Assembly (NCBI GenBank): GCA_963668025.2
Contig: CAXXTH010000019.1
Span: 160,001 to 224,000 of the forward strand
Direction of reading: 5' to 3'
Length of the DNA stretch: 64,000 nt
DNA from: Candidatus Hydrogenedentota bacterium
Lineage (GTDB): Bacteria; Hydrogenedentota; Hydrogenedentia; Hydrogenedentales; SLHB01
Shown: piece by piece, positions 42,012-54,065 of the stretch
How positions within the stretch are numbered: position 1 is the stretch's first letter
How the letters are laid out: every line of letters starts with the position of its first letter
Position numbers and translations under genes: made by a program
Notes under the pieces: model-generated
The model's input: only the letters and a program-made list of their open reading frames with translations
The model's database searches: none
What the model was told of the DNA's origin: nothing

Positions 42012-44354
42012 ATGGTTGCATATATCTCACAAGCATGGCGGCATGTTCGCGCCCGTTTCTACCGCTGGGCGCTGCGCGGTCTCCTCGCTGGCCTGCTCAT
42101 CACCGTGTTGGGTGGGATTGCCGTGTTCGCGTGGCCTATGGACGCGGAGGCGTATTTGCACGCACCGGCGTCGGGCGAACTGATGGACCGCGCTGGGCGG
42201 CCGATGTATGCCTATCTGAACCCCGCACAGCAATGGTGTTTCGTGCGCGAGCTGGACGCCATCAGCCCGTGGCTCGTGAAGGCGACACTGGCCGCCGAGG
42301 ACCAGCGGTTCTACTCCCACCCGGGCGTGGACCCCATCGCTGTCTTGCGCGCCTTCGTGCAGAATGTGCGCGGAAGACGCATCGCTTCGGGGGCCTCGAC
42401 CCTCACCATGCAGGCCGTCAAAATCGCCCAGCCTGCGCCGCGCGGATGGTGGTCGAAAGTGCGCCAGGCCATCAACGCCTTGCGCCTCGAACGGCATGCC
42501 TCGAAAAACCGCATCCTGCAAGCCTATCTGAACGGCGCACCGTACGGTATGAACCTTGTCGGATGCGAGGCGGCGGCGCAACGGTATTTCGGGCGCCCGG
42601 CGCGCGAACTCACGTTGCCCGAGGCGGCCCTTCTCGCCGGGCTCCCGAAAGCGCCCACGAACTACATGCCTCTCGAACACCGCGAGCGCGCCATGGAACG
42701 GCGCAGCCAAGTCCTTGAACGCATGCGCGCCGAGGGCTTCATCACGGAAGCGGAATGCGCGGAAGCGCGCCAAGCGCCCCTGGGGGCGCAATGGCATGAT
42801 TTCCCGGCGCTGTCGCCCCACCTGGCCATGCGCCTCGCGCCCGAGGCGGCGCGGCAAGGCGGGCCCCTCGCCACCACGCTGGACGCGGGGATTCAGGCCA
42901 TGGCCGAGCGCCTCGTGTCGCGCGCCACAAAAGGATACGATGGCGAGATCACCAACGCCGCCGCCATTGTCATCGATACGGACACGGCGGACGTGCTGGC
43001 GCGGGCAGGCTCGGCCAATTTCTACAATACGCCCGGCGGCGGCCAAGTGGACGCCACCCATGCGCCACGCTCCCCCGGCTCGACACTGAAACCCTTCACC
43101 TACGCCCTCGCCATGGAGCGCAATTGCCTGTATCCCGAGGAGTCCTTGTATGACGGCTCCCTCGATTACGGCATGTATAATCCGTTGAACTACGACGGCC
43201 AATACCGCGGCCTTATTCCGGCCTCGTTTGCCTTGCGCCGCTCGTTGAATGTGCCTGCCGTGACGGTCCTCGACCGTGTAGGCGAAAGCGAGGCATACGC
43301 CTTCCTGCAAAACATTGGCCTGACCACCTTGCATTATTCGCCGGAGCATTACGGCCTCGGGCTCACCCTCGGCAGTTGCGAAGCCTATCTCGATGAACTG
43401 GCGGCGGCCTACGCCATGCTGGCGCGCTTGGGCGAATACCGGCCGCTACGCCAGCTCGCCAGCGATCCCGAAGGCCCGTCGAAGCGCGTCCTGTCGCGCG
43501 GCGTCTGCCTCAGCCTATACGAAATGCTCAACCAGGAACTCCCCGGCGAGCCCGCCCAGGAATTGGTGCGCGGCGGCGGCGTATTGCCGCGCGTTTGCTG
43601 GAAGACCGGCACCTCGACCGGCCACCACGACGCTTGGGCCTTCGCCTATAACCAGCAATATGTCGTGGGCGTCTGGATGGGCAACAACGATGGGAAATCT
43701 TCGAAATGGCTCGCAGGTGCGCGTTCGGCACTGCCGCTGGCCCGGCGTATTTTCCGTAGCCTGCCCCCGCGCAGCACGCCTTATTGGCCCGAAGCGGGCA
43801 ATGACTGGCGCGAGATTGAAGTCTGCGCCGTGAGCGGGCTTCCCTCCACGCCCTGGTGCCGGCACACCCGCACGGCCCACATCCCCAGCAGCCAATACTC
43901 GACCCGCCGCTGCGACGTACATTACCCCGCGCCGGATGCGCCCGGCGGCGTCCTCGAACGCTGGCCTGGCAGCGCGCGAAGCTGGGATCTGGCGCGTATC
44001 GATGCGCCTGTCACCATGGACGCCCGCGATGGAGCAAACAACGCGGCGCGCGCGGAAGCACTCCGTATTCTCGAACCGTCCGACCAGTCCGAATTCGTCC
44101 TGACGGGTGAGCCGCGCGGCGACACCGTGCGGTTGCGCACCTCCCTCGACGCCCAATCAAACGTCTATTGGTACCTGGACGACACCTATCTGGGCGTCTC
44201 GACGGCGGACAAGCCCCTCATGCTGCCCTTGAGCGAGGGCGAGCACAAACTCACCTGCATGGCGGGCGCGGATTCAGCCGTCCCTTCCGGCGCCACCCAC
44301 ACCGTCCAATTCCGCGTCGAATCCCCCAGCGGCGCGCCCAGCTTCAGGCCGTAA
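42012..44354 (+). CDS. pbpC: Penicillin-binding protein 1C
   Basis: EDQRF, GASTLTMQ, SxxK (GSTLKP), SLN and KTGT motifs; C-terminal domain; follows A2M. Confidence 0.93.
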   Translation: MVAYISQAWRHVRARFYRWALRGLLAGLLITVLGGIAVFAWPMDAEAYLHAPASGELMDRAGRPMYAYLNPAQQWCFVRELDAISPWLVKATLAAEDQRFYSHPGVDPIAVLRAFVQNVRGRRIASGASTLTMQAVKIAQPAPRGWWSKVRQAINALRLERHASKNRILQAYLNGAPYGMNLVGCEAAAQRYFGRPARELTLPEAALLAGLPKAPTNYMPLEHRERAMERRSQVLERMRAEGFITEAECAEARQAPLGAQWHDFPALSPHLAMRLAPEAARQGGPLATTLDAGIQAMAERLVSRATKGYDGEITNAAAIVIDTDTADVLARAGSANFYNTPGGGQVDATHAPRSPGSTLKPFTYALAMERNCLYPEESLYDGSLDYGMYNPLNYDGQYRGLIPASFALRRSLNVPAVTVLDRVGESEAYAFLQNIGLTTLHYSPEHYGLGLTLGSCEAYLDELAAAYAMLARLGEYRPLRQLASDPEGPSKRVLSRGVCLSLYEMLNQELPGEPAQELVRGGGVLPRVCWKTGTSTGHHDAWAFAYNQQYVVGVWMGNNDGKSSKWLAGARSALPLARRIFRSLPPRSTPYWPEAGNDWREIEVCAVSGLPSTPWCRHTRTAHIPSSQYSTRRCDVHYPAPDAPGGVLERWPGSARSWDLARIDAPVTMDARDGANNAARAEALRILEPSDQSEFVLTGEPRGDTVRLRTSLDAQSNVYWYLDDTYLGVSTADKPLMLPLSEGEHKLTCMAGADSAVPSGATHTVQFRVESPSGAPSFRP

Positions 44355-44470
44355 CACGGCTACTGCAACAAGTTGTGATTCGACTGCAAAACCACATCGA
44401 TATCGAATTATTTAAAACGGATCTTCCAGCAGACGCCGCAGTCAGTTATTGTTGTAAGTCATAGTCATTA

Positions 44471-44742
44471 TTGAGTCTTTCTGTGGCCGGTCAGTTTTTT
44501 CTTCGTGGCTACCGGGATGTGTTTTCGAGGAAACGCGGTGGGGACGCTACGTCCGCGACGGCGTATAGGGCCGCTACGGAGGAGCGGGGTTGGGGCACGG
44601 TGAAGCAGGCCGCGCGGCCGGGAAAATGGAGTTCGATGGCGCACAGGCTGGCCAATTGTATCAATCCTTCTTCCACGGTCAGATCCAGTTCAGCCCAAAC
44701 GCGGGCCAGGATGCAGTGCAGCAAATAGGCGAGCATGACAGA
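44471..44742 (-). pseudogene. 3' remnant of an IS1634-like transposase
   Basis: MLAYLLHCILARVWAELDLTVEEGLIQLASLC resembles IS1634 C-termini. Confidence 0.6.
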
Positions 44743-44910
44743 GGCCATTGATGGCTACAATCAATTCCTCAAGTTGGCCGAGGAATATGCCGACGAAATC
44801 ATCCGTCGTACACGACAGGAGCAAGGCAAAAACAAAAAACGAAAAAGAATGGCAGGACAAGCTATAAACATCTGATATAGAATCCTGCATTATTAGATGC
44901 GTCCGCCATG
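44743..44910 (+). mobile_element. Remnant of an ISAs1-type element end with a fragment of its small accessory ORF
   Basis: AIDGYNQFLKLAEEYADEIIRRTR matches the C-terminus of ORF 63557-63856; end rc CATGGCGGACGCATCTAATA resembles CAGGGCTTACGCATCTAATA at 63494. Confidence 0.65.
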
Positions 44911-44946
44911 AAGAAAAAGGAGGAACCCTCTTTCGAGGGTTCCTCC
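44911..44946 (-). terminator. Rho-independent terminator of the MCP gene
   Basis: GGAGGAACCCTC-loop-GAGGGTTCCTCC followed by a T tract on the minus strand. Confidence 0.8.
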
Positions 44947-44968
44947 CAATGGCTATATCGCGATTTTT

Positions 44969-46990
44969 CTAGAAATCGCTCAGGTCGTCATCATCCAACG
45001 GAAGCACTTCTTCTGCTTTCACGACCCGTTCCCTGCCTGTAGGGGCGGCTGTTCTTTGCCCACTTTGGTGGGCAAGCATGCGGGGCGCGGGGGCTTTAGC
45101 CGCAGGCTTCTTGGGCGAATGGTCCCGCTGCGGCATCGATGGACGGTGCAACGAGGCTCCACGGCGCGAACCAGAGGACTTGGCGCTTCCGCCGACCATG
45201 GCCGAGAGCATCTCGACGACATCATTCATTTCGTTGGCCTGGGCGGATAGCTCTTCACTGGCCGAAGCCGCCTCTTCCGAATTAGCGGCGTTGGCCTGCG
45301 TCACCTGGTCCATCTGTGCTACGGCGGTATTGACTTGGTCAATGCCTTGGGCCTGTTCACGGGCGGCGCTCGTCACTTCTTGCAGCAGTGCGCCCACTTT
45401 GCCGGCGCTGTCATTGATCTCGTTGAGCGCCTTCGCCACTTGCCCGGTCACCTCGACGCCATTGTCCGAATTGCGCTGCGACTGCTCGATGAGCTGGGCC
45501 GTGTCGCGGGCCGCCTCGGCGCTACGCTGGGCCAGATTACGCACTTCTTCGGCCACCACGGCGAAGCCTTTGCCCGCCTCGCCCGCGCGGGCCGCTTCAA
45601 CGGCCGCGTTGAGGGCCAGCAGATTCGTCTGGAACGCCACTTCGTCGATGGTCTTCACGATGCGCGCCGTTTCATCCGACGATTTCTTAATCTCGCCAAT
45701 GGCCGCCGACATCTGCTGCATGGATTGGCGCGCCCGCGTGACAATGTCCGTGGTCTCTTTCATGAGCGCATTGGCCTGGGCGCTGTTGTCCGCCGTCTGC
45801 CGTGTCATGCTGGCCATTTCCTCGAGCGAAGCCGAGGTTTCCTCGAGGCTCGATGCCTGTTCGCTTGCGCCTTCCGCCATGGACTGGCTGGATTGCGCCA
45901 CTTGCTGCGACGCGGATGCCACCTGATCAGAGCCGCTGGTCAGATTCGCGATCACGGCGGTGAGCTTGCGCGTAATACTCCTCGTGATCCAAACAGCCAG
46001 AATTAAGCCCAAGAGAAGAGCCACACCTAAGACAATCCACATGATGTACGATGCTCTGTTCAGGGATGTATTGGCGGCCTCTGTCACTTTGTTGGTTTCA
46101 TCTACGCCCGTTTTCGCGATTGATTGAGCCGCATCGCGCAAATTATTTACGGCTGTGAGGCGCACGCCGGCAAGGGTGTCTAAATCTCTCCAAGCTTTAA
46201 CGAAAGCGGCTATCGCATTCTGATAATCTACGGTACTGGTGCGGATGATCTCGATCTGCTTCCGATTCGCTTCCTCGCGCGTGACAGCATCAAGAGCATC
46301 TAATAGAGGATTTATATCTTTGAATATTTCCAGCGCTTTCTCAACATCACCCACCTTGTTCATTTTTTGCGCGACCCAGATATTAAGGCGGATCATATTG
46401 AAGGACTTTTCTATTGCGTTCGCATTTTTGATCTTCGTCATACGTTCTTGGAGTCGGGCGGCGTCCGCGGCTTGCGCGATTTCATCGTTTGCGATTTTAT
46501 ACTGGCTGTCGATGTATGCTGCGCAGTTTTCCGCAATGGCAGATGATGCGACGCCACAGTCGGCTACCCTGGCGGCTTTATCAGCAAATAACTTCTTTGT
46601 ATCTTCGATCTTCGTCATATAGTCTTCAAATTTAGTTCGCGCGTCCGTGGACTTTTCTTTTAAGTTTGTAAGTTTTTTTGCTTTATCCGCCAAATCGTCG
46701 AGTTCTTTTAAAGAATTCCTCACTTCTTTCGCGTTTTCTTGTCCTGCGGTATAATATTTATCCTCTTCACTGATGCTGTATCCGCGCATTTCAAACATGA
46801 CCAGAAGGACATTTCGTTCCAGAGCATTGGCATTTGTCACTTCCGGCATGTATTCTGTAGCCAAATCACTGACTTGGGTTTTGACGCCAGACATGGTCTT
46901 AACCGCATACAATCCCAGAATTGCGGCGAGTAGAATAAGCACCGCAAACCCCCATCCAATCTGTTTTCCAAGTGTCAAATTCTTTAGCAT
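44969..46990 (-). CDS. Methyl-accepting chemotaxis protein
   Basis: Two TM segments; [34 protein letters not shown] signature. Confidence 0.95.
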   Translation of the reverse strand: MLKNLTLGKQIGWGFAVLILLAAILGLYAVKTMSGVKTQVSDLATEYMPEVTNANALERNVLLVMFEMRGYSISEEDKYYTAGQENAKEVRNSLKELDDLADKAKKLTNLKEKSTDARTKFEDYMTKIEDTKKLFADKAARVADCGVASSAIAENCAAYIDSQYKIANDEIAQAADAARLQERMTKIKNANAIEKSFNMIRLNIWVAQKMNKVGDVEKALEIFKDINPLLDALDAVTREEANRKQIEIIRTSTVDYQNAIAAFVKAWRDLDTLAGVRLTAVNNLRDAAQSIAKTGVDETNKVTEAANTSLNRASYIMWIVLGVALLLGLILAVWITRSITRKLTAVIANLTSGSDQVASASQQVAQSSQSMAEGASEQASSLEETSASLEEMASMTRQTADNSAQANALMKETTDIVTRARQSMQQMSAAIGEIKKSSDETARIVKTIDEVAFQTNLLALNAAVEAARAGEAGKGFAVVAEEVRNLAQRSAEAARDTAQLIEQSQRNSDNGVEVTGQVAKALNEINDSAGKVGALLQEVTSAAREQAQGIDQVNTAVAQMDQVTQANAANSEEAASASEELSAQANEMNDVVEMLSAMVGGSAKSSGSRRGASLHRPSMPQRDHSPKKPAAKAPAPRMLAHQSGQRTAAPTGRERVVKAEEVLPLDDDDLSDF

Positions 46991-47418
46991 TGGCGCTCTC
47001 CTTCTCTTACCGGTCCCCACCACAAGTAGTTGGATGCAAAAGCCCGCGTTTTGCTTCGGCTGCCTTCACAAAATACATGCCGAGTGCTTCATTATGTACA
47101 TATTTTCAAGTAATATTCGTATTTTACCATATTAGCGGTGCTAAGTCTACAGATTTTATTTGATTTGGCCGGATTTTAAAACAGGTTCCCCTCGTCTGCT
47201 TGCGGGTATTTACTTGACGGCTTTTCTTCTTTCTCATGGAGCGATTTTCTCATCAATATAGGGTGCAGCTCTATCACTATTGCTCCATTCGTCTTGCTGA
47301 GGGATAGCCACAATTTATTGCGAGCCGTTTTTGAGCGCGCGAATGAACCAAAATACATGGCGGATTTGCTTCACCACCTAATAGCATTTGTTGTGAAAAA
47401 AACCGTAAACTACCTTGT

Positions 47419-47484
47419 TGTCATTCCCGCGAAAGCGGGAATCCAGTGCAAATTATCTGGATCCCCGCGTTCGCGGGGATGACA
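47419..47484. repeat. REP-like doublet GTCATTCCCGCGAAAGCGGGAATCCA
   Basis: Two hairpins in inverted orientation. Confidence 0.8.
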
Positions 47485-47590
47485 GGTAGGCGGTTTTACG
47501 TTATTTCTTCAATACATACGCATGATATATTCTTCCGGGAGCGGTAATAACAGAACTGCATCCTTAATAAAGACGCCAGCATCAAGCGAT

Positions 47591-49078
47591 TTATTTCTGG
47601 TGTTTTATTGCGCCAGCCAGGAGCAGTATGCCGGCCAGGAGCCCTAGAGGCGCAGGCAGACTGGGCGGCGGCCCCTCGGGAATCAGCGCTACATTCAAAA
47701 ATGGCGCGGAGCCGGTGTCCGCTACGGTGGCGTCCAATTCCATGGTGTGATAGCCTGCCGCTTCGATGGTGGCCGTATAGGTTCCTGGCAACAGCATGCG
47801 GTAGAAATCGCCGGTTTCGGGGTCCGTCGAAACCGCTTGCGTGTTGCCTTCGATGGTGATGCGCGCGGATACCGGTTCACCCGTATACGCATCCGCCACC
47901 ACGCCGCTCACGCCCCAGAAGACGGTTTCAAGGTAGCTCAGCATGGACTCGCGATTGTTTTCCCACATGGCATCCAGCGTCGAATATGTAGGCGCAAAGC
48001 TGTTCGAGATCTCGATGGTGACTTCATTGCAGCCCGCATAACGGTAATTCCAGTCTTGCATGCCGCCTGAGATGGAGTACCATTCCGCGCCGTTGGTGAT
48101 GCCGTGGGTGAAGAACGCGCTGGCGTACATCGGGGCGTTATACATGGAATATTGCAGGGAAATCGCCGCGAAGAGCGCCTCATCGGGCGAGGGCGAATAG
48201 ACGCTGCCCATGCCGTCATCGTCGTAAGGGTAATTCACGACGATGCTTCCCGTATGGAAATTCGCAGACAAGACGAACCGGTGTGCGGCGGTCCATTGCA
48301 TAATCGCCGCCACTTCAGGCTCGCGGCACGATACATCCACGGCAGCGCCTTCCGCGAGCGCGCCATCGAATTCCGAGGGCCACTCGGGAAAGGAACGGTT
48401 CAAATCGTATCCGTTGCCGTTGTAGCGGCTGTTCGCATTGAGCCCGTCGGGATTCATCAGCGGCACGACCCAGATATCCGTTGCATCGACCAGCGACGTG
48501 GCGCGCTCGATGGTTCCGTAATTCTCGAGCAAATAGGCGATGAACCGCAGGCACATCTCCATGCCGGGCGGTTCATTGCCATGCATCGAGCCGATGTATT
48601 TAAACTCCGGTTCGCATTCATCCATGTTTGGGTTGTCCGTGATGCGCAATGCCCAGAGCTCCCGGCCTTGCACGGATTCCCCGAGGCTTTCCAGGCGGCA
48701 TATGGATGGATAGGCGTCCGCGAAATCGTTGAGCGCGGACGTGAGCGTGGCGTAGGTATGGTATCCCGCCACCGCGAGGGGGGCCTTAGATGGTTCGGAT
48801 AGGATGGCCGCGTCCACCCCCGCGCTGCGCAAATTCGCCAGTTCTTCGGCTGTGGCGTAGAGCGTGGCGAAGCCGGGGCGTACGCTATCGACATCATAAC
48901 CGGCTTCCGCAAGCCGGTGCGCCTCTTCGGGCGTGGCGCAGTCGGCCTCCACCAGGTAGATATTTCCAGTGCGCGGCCCCGCGCCAAGTCCTGGCGGAAA
49001 CCATGCGTCTCCTATTGCACCGTAACTGAACAACCATCCCGCCATCATGGCCAAGGCTATTCGATTCAATATATCCAC
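47591..49078 (-). CDS. M14 zinc carboxypeptidase with CarboxypepD_reg domain and C-terminal TM anchor (start approximate)
   Basis: HGNE, NPDG, DLNRSF, NFH and GGMQDWNY...EIS motifs. Confidence 0.9.
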   Translation of the reverse strand: MDILNRIALAMMAGWLFSYGAIGDAWFPPGLGAGPRTGNIYLVEADCATPEEAHRLAEAGYDVDSVRPGFATLYATAEELANLRSAGVDAAILSEPSKAPLAVAGYHTYATLTSALNDFADAYPSICRLESLGESVQGRELWALRITDNPNMDECEPEFKYIGSMHGNEPPGMEMCLRFIAYLLENYGTIERATSLVDATDIWVVPLMNPDGLNANSRYNGNGYDLNRSFPEWPSEFDGALAEGAAVDVSCREPEVAAIMQWTAAHRFVLSANFHTGSIVVNYPYDDDGMGSVYSPSPDEALFAAISLQYSMYNAPMYASAFFTHGITNGAEWYSISGGMQDWNYRYAGCNEVTIEISNSFAPTYSTLDAMWENNRESMLSYLETVFWGVSGVVADAYTGEPVSARITIEGNTQAVSTDPETGDFYRMLLPGTYTATIEAAGYHTMELDATVADTGSAPFLNVALIPEGPPPSLPAPLGLLAGILLLAGAIKHQK

Positions 49079-49246
49079 TCCTGTACCGCTAACACCCGAA
49101 AAAATTAGTTTGCGAAGATTTACCAGGGAAACCATTGTATAGGTGTATCCCATGAACGGTGGGGTAAGCCTCACCCTACAAATTTTCGTGTATTTCGTGT
49201 ATTTAGTGGTCTCGTATTCCGGCTCTTTGGCTGTGGCCATGTCATG

Positions 49247-52205
49247 TTAAGGTTCCTGATGCTCCCTGGGAGTGGCCAAATGTGCAATGGCCTTAGTGTA
49301 GCCGAACGCGACGGCCAGAAGCACGCCTCCGAGCACGGCAAACGCGCCCACTCGAGGGAAAGCGTCGAGCTGGCGCGTATCGATGAACACGACGCGCACA
49401 ATGGCCAGGGCGAAGACGCCCAATCCCGCGTAGCGGTAGAAGCGCTGCCGGAACGCGAACGATACAGCGAATAAGGCCGCTGCCAGGCCCGTCCAGCATA
49501 TGGTGAGGTAGTAGTCACGGAGCGCGGGTATCCGGCTGCATAAAATGGCCAGCAGCAGGGACGCCAGCGCCACGGCGCTCCCGGATGCGGCGAGGGTTTT
49601 ACGGCCTGCTTTTTTCGAGAACGCCAGCAGGCGCTCGATGGCTATCCAGAACGCCGCCGCCAAACCCAGGGCGGTGATCACGGCGTGTGCATACAGTTCG
49701 GTGGGCGGAATGAGCGGCAACGCAAGCAGGAAGGCCGTCAGGGGAATGGCCGCCAGCAGCGAAAGCAGGAACGCGAACGGCGTCCGTAAAGCCGCGCCAT
49801 ACGCCAAATACAATAAGGGAACCGCCAAGAGATACGCCGGCATCCAATCCCAGTCTGGGGCGAGGTAGCCGCCATACCGGAGCGCAACACACCAGGAAGC
49901 CAGCAATACAAGCCCGCCAGGCCCATTGGCGTGGTGTTTGCTCTTGAAAAACCCAAAATACCAGCCGCCCGCCAAGCCCGCCGCCACGAAGGCCATGATC
50001 AGGCGGTTGTACCACATGCCAGCGGGCAGGAACGCCGCAGGCAATCCCGTTGGTTCGATGCTCAAACAACAATTGGCGGCAACGGCATATAGGCCCGCCG
50101 CCGACCATGCCAGCGCGGCTGGGTGCAGCACATGCATCAGCCCGGCCAAGGCCAATGCGGTGAGCGACATCAACACCACGTCGTCCATGGCCTCGAAATG
50201 TTCAAGCCAATAGAGCGCCGTGAGCCACGCGGCGGCCCCATACAGCAAGTAAGGCGCAAGAGGGGCTTGGTGAAACGCCAGGCCTTCCCGTTTTTTCACG
50301 TATTGCTGTTCACTCGCCAAGGCCGTGAGCGCCAGCGCCGCCAAGCCGCATGCGCCCAGCCATGCGGGTGCGGAGGATTGCCCGGCGCTTGCGCCGAGTG
50401 TGCCGCCCAGGAGCGACGCCGCCCCGCACGCCAGGGCCATCAGGCCCATGGGCTTCGACCGCAGCACCCATGCGCATGCCGTAAGCGCGAGAGCGCTCAA
50501 GGCCGCTGACGGGGGAACGGAAGGCGTATCGATGAATCGATGTAAATACACCATCAGGAGCAACGTTCCTGCGAACGCATACCCATACGGGAACAGCAGC
50601 CCGTCAAACGGTTTTCGGCTGCGGCCTTCCGGCGCTTCGGTTACCAGGTCGAGATTCCACAACAGGGCGTTCAAGGCTATTCCAAACGGCAATGTCTGTG
50701 TGGAGCGTGTGCGCCAATCCGTGCGCTGGTAGAAAATAGACGCGATATAAAACACCGCCACGGACACCGCCCCCGCCGCGAGGGCGTGTCCGAATCCCGC
50801 ATCCGCATAAGCGAGCACGCCTTCGACACAAGCCGCATACAGCCCATGGAACAACGCCACGATGGCCATAACGAAGGCCAGCACGCGGGTCGAGGCGAAT
50901 CCGGATTGGCGTGAGGCGTACAGCAACGCCACCATCTCGATGGCGAGCCAGGCCGTGAGCATATCGCCGCTGAACCATGCCGCCAGCCCAAGGGCCACGG
51001 CGGCGGCTCCCTTCGCGGCATAGACATTATGGAGGGGATCCCGTTCGCGCAGCCAGGCGTAACCGGCGGCGAATCCAATGAGCGCGGCCCCGAGCGCCAG
51101 GCGGAACACATGCTGATACGGCTCGGTGAACGGAAAATCCGCCACGAGCAGCGTGCCCAATGCGAAATAGCCCGCCGTGTTCGCAGTCACGAATAGCGAG
51201 CGGAACCATAACGGCGCGGCGCGCCGGAACGGCTGCGGGGAAAGGATTTCCGCCCCGGCGAAGAGGACATAAAACAGCGTGAGGACGCCCATGGCCGCCC
51301 AGAAATCCAGCGACGTCCCGGGCGTGGGGTTTTTCACGAGCCAGATGAAGTAGTTGAGATAATTGCCCGCGCTCCCGATAAACGCCACGGCGTACCAATG
51401 GTTGCGCCATAGGAAAAAGGCGCTTCCCACGCATAAGACCACCAAGCCCGCCACGGCGAACCGGCTGGGCATTTCGAGTGTCAGCGTCGAGAGCAGCACC
51501 GTCAGATGGCCAAGCACGGTCACGAACATCGCCATCAGCCGGGACTGCCGCCATTGAGCCACCCCGGCCCATGCCGCCACGACAGCGGCCAGCAACAGCA
51601 GCGTGGGGGCGGGATTCGTGAAGATGCGTGTGAAAGGGATGTAGTGGGTGGCGAAGGTGACGAAATAGGCGGAGGCGAATCCGCCGCTATACAGTACGCG
51701 CGCATACGCCGGGTAGCGCTTTTCCAGCCAGCGGCCCAGCCCCAGCAATCCCGCGCACAGGGCGTAACCCGATCCCACGCGCAGCGGCGGCGTAAAAAAA
51801 ACCGCCCCAATGCTGAACGGCGAACGTGAAGAAAAACGCCAGCGCCGCCAGCAGCAACAGCATGCCGATCCGGGGCAGCCAGACCGTTCCCACGAGGATC
51901 TCCCAGCTCAATCCCGAGTCCAGTCCCGCCCAATGGCGCAGCCGCCCCGCTGCCTGCTCGAATGCCCCAGGCCCGGCAGGCGCTTTGCGCGCCGCGATGG
52001 GGGTACGGGGCGGCATGGGAGGCAGCGGCGGGGGCGCGGGTGCGGGCGGCACATACGCATCGAAGGCGAAAGGCGTTTGCGCCGGTTCCGGCTTGGCGGC
52101 CGCATCCTGCTCCAAGCGGCATAAACGCTGGTCAATGCGCCGGGCCTGTGCGAACACTTCGGCCAGCATCGCCCGGAGTTCATGCAGTTCATCATCATGC
52201 GCCAT
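49247..52205 (-). pseudogene. DUF2339-like large membrane protein, frameshifted at a T8 tract
   Basis: WEILVGTVWLPRIG N-terminal motif and many TMs; deleting one base at 51794-51801 joins the two ORFs. Confidence 0.75.
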
Positions 52206-52817
52206 GGCCCGCCTCCTATATGCTAAGTGAACATGCAACAGGGAAATTATACACCGGCATATAGTTCATATGCAAACAGTTTTTTGGTGAACAATATGGC
52301 TGCTGGAAAAGAATGTGTTTTTACAACAAACCAGCCCATTGGCTTATTTTCCATTCGTATGGAAAACAACTGGATCGTAACGATTGTATAAGGAAAGCCT
52401 CGATTCAATAAATGTGCTTTTTTTCTTGAGCCGATGAAGCAAGGGCTTGCCTTTTCACCAGATGCGCGCCGCAGGAAAAGCTTATACGATATCAGTATTT
52501 AGCACAGTCATACGGATTCGGATAGGCAAAAAGGCCCACAATGGCCTCATGTTAGAAATAATACTATTGCCTACAATAATCACTATGTACTTTTTACGCA
52601 CTTTGTGTTATTTTGTTATTGAGGGAAGGCGGCCCACATGTCGGCCCGGTACGTGTTTGGGCGCATCACATGGAAATGCGGATGCCATAGCGCCTCAGGC
52701 AGAAAGGGTGTCACATTGTCGAAGGAGAACAAAGCGGGATTCGTGTGTATCTGGCTTCGCGGAGGGTCAACGGCCGGGAACGGCTAAAGCATTGGTCACG
52801 AAAGGAGTGAACATCCC

Positions 52818-53874
52818 ATGAAAACTTCAAGACAAGGCATAGTTATTTTCTGTTGTATGACACTTCTTCTCTTGGCGGGATGCCAGACTTTACAAAGGGC
52901 GGATAGGTTGAGTGTTACGCCAGTTGTGCCAAAAGAAAATGAACAAATAGTCCGGGACCAGTTGATTATTCTCGTAGATGAAACGGGCTCCATCGGTTCC
53001 ACCAGTATATTCGAAAACGAAAAAATACTGGTGCAAGCATTCACGGAAGCCATGCCAGACGGCCAATACGAGTCTGGTATCGATTCGTTCGCAGGAGTGA
53101 AAAAATGCCAATGGCTCAGGCAGCCCTTAGCGCCGTTCAGCCGGGATGCAATGGTTGATGGGGCATCCAGCCTGAAGCCGCTGGGTTCGCTGACGCCATT
53201 AGCGCGGGCTATTCGCAGCCAAGAGGTGGAATTTAAGACTCGAGAGGGGCGCGCCGCGCTGCTGGTCTACTCAGATGGCCAGGTACGCGATCCGGAGGAT
53301 GTCCTTCAAGCCTGCAAGGAACTCAAAGCCGCGCATAACGGAGAGCTTTGCATCTATACGGTGCAGGTGGGTGATTCCGACAGCGGCACGAAACTGCTGC
53401 AAGATATGGCTGCCGTGAATGGCTGTGGCAAGTTCTATGATGGCGCATCGCTCCATTCCGCCGCCGCGATAGACGCCATGGTCCGGGATATATTCCTCGG
53501 TCCTAAAGAGATGCCCAAATGCGTTCCCCCCCGCAGTAGCCTGGAAGCTCCATATCATTTATTTCGACAATGACAGCGCCGTGGTGCTGCCGAAATACGA
53601 CGCCGAGCTGGACGAAGCAGCGGCGATCTTGAAGAATACTCCTTGCATGCGCATCCGCTTGGAAGGGCATACGGACTCCAACGCCTCCACACAATACAAC
53701 CAGAAACTCTCCGAGAGGCGCGTGGAAGCCGTGAAAGCGGCCTTCGTGAAACGTGGTACGGATGCATCGCGGTTCGACGCGGGCGCTTTCAGTGAAAACA
53801 AGCCCGCCGCGCCAAATGACACCAAGGCCAATAGGCAATTGAACCGCAGGGTCGAGCTTATCGTGATTAAATAG
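52818..53874 (+). pseudogene. VWA plus OmpA lipoprotein, frameshifted at a C7 tract
   Basis: Lipobox LAGC, MIDAS-like DETGS, TPL and SDG; OmpA EGHTD...NQKLSERR...NRRVE; deleting one C at 53526-53532 restores IYFDNDSA. Confidence 0.8.
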
Positions 53875-53895
53875 CATTTCTATTTGCGAGCCGTG

Positions 53896-53922
53896 AAAGC
53901 GGGGCTTCGGCCCCGCTTTTTT
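53896..53922 (+). terminator. Rho-independent terminator
   Basis: AAAGCGGGGC-TTCG-GCCCCGCTTTTTT. Confidence 0.85.
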
Positions 53923-54065
53923 GTCATATGCCGCCTTGCCTGAGCAAACAACACACCAAATACGCCGCAACAAAAATCGACGGAATGAAACTATGCTGGC
54001 CGTACAGGAATATATGCATAAGGGGTGAAATGATTATGAGGGCCACAACCATACTGGAGTGAAAC

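Noticed and set aside
35942-44354. A2M-pbpC as a novel system
   Set aside because: A well-known conserved gene pair
49182-49211. CRISPR array or coding tandem repeat (TKYTKYTK)
   Set aside because: Only three 9-mers with no spacers; part of the intergenic repeat family, and it falsely extends the ORF
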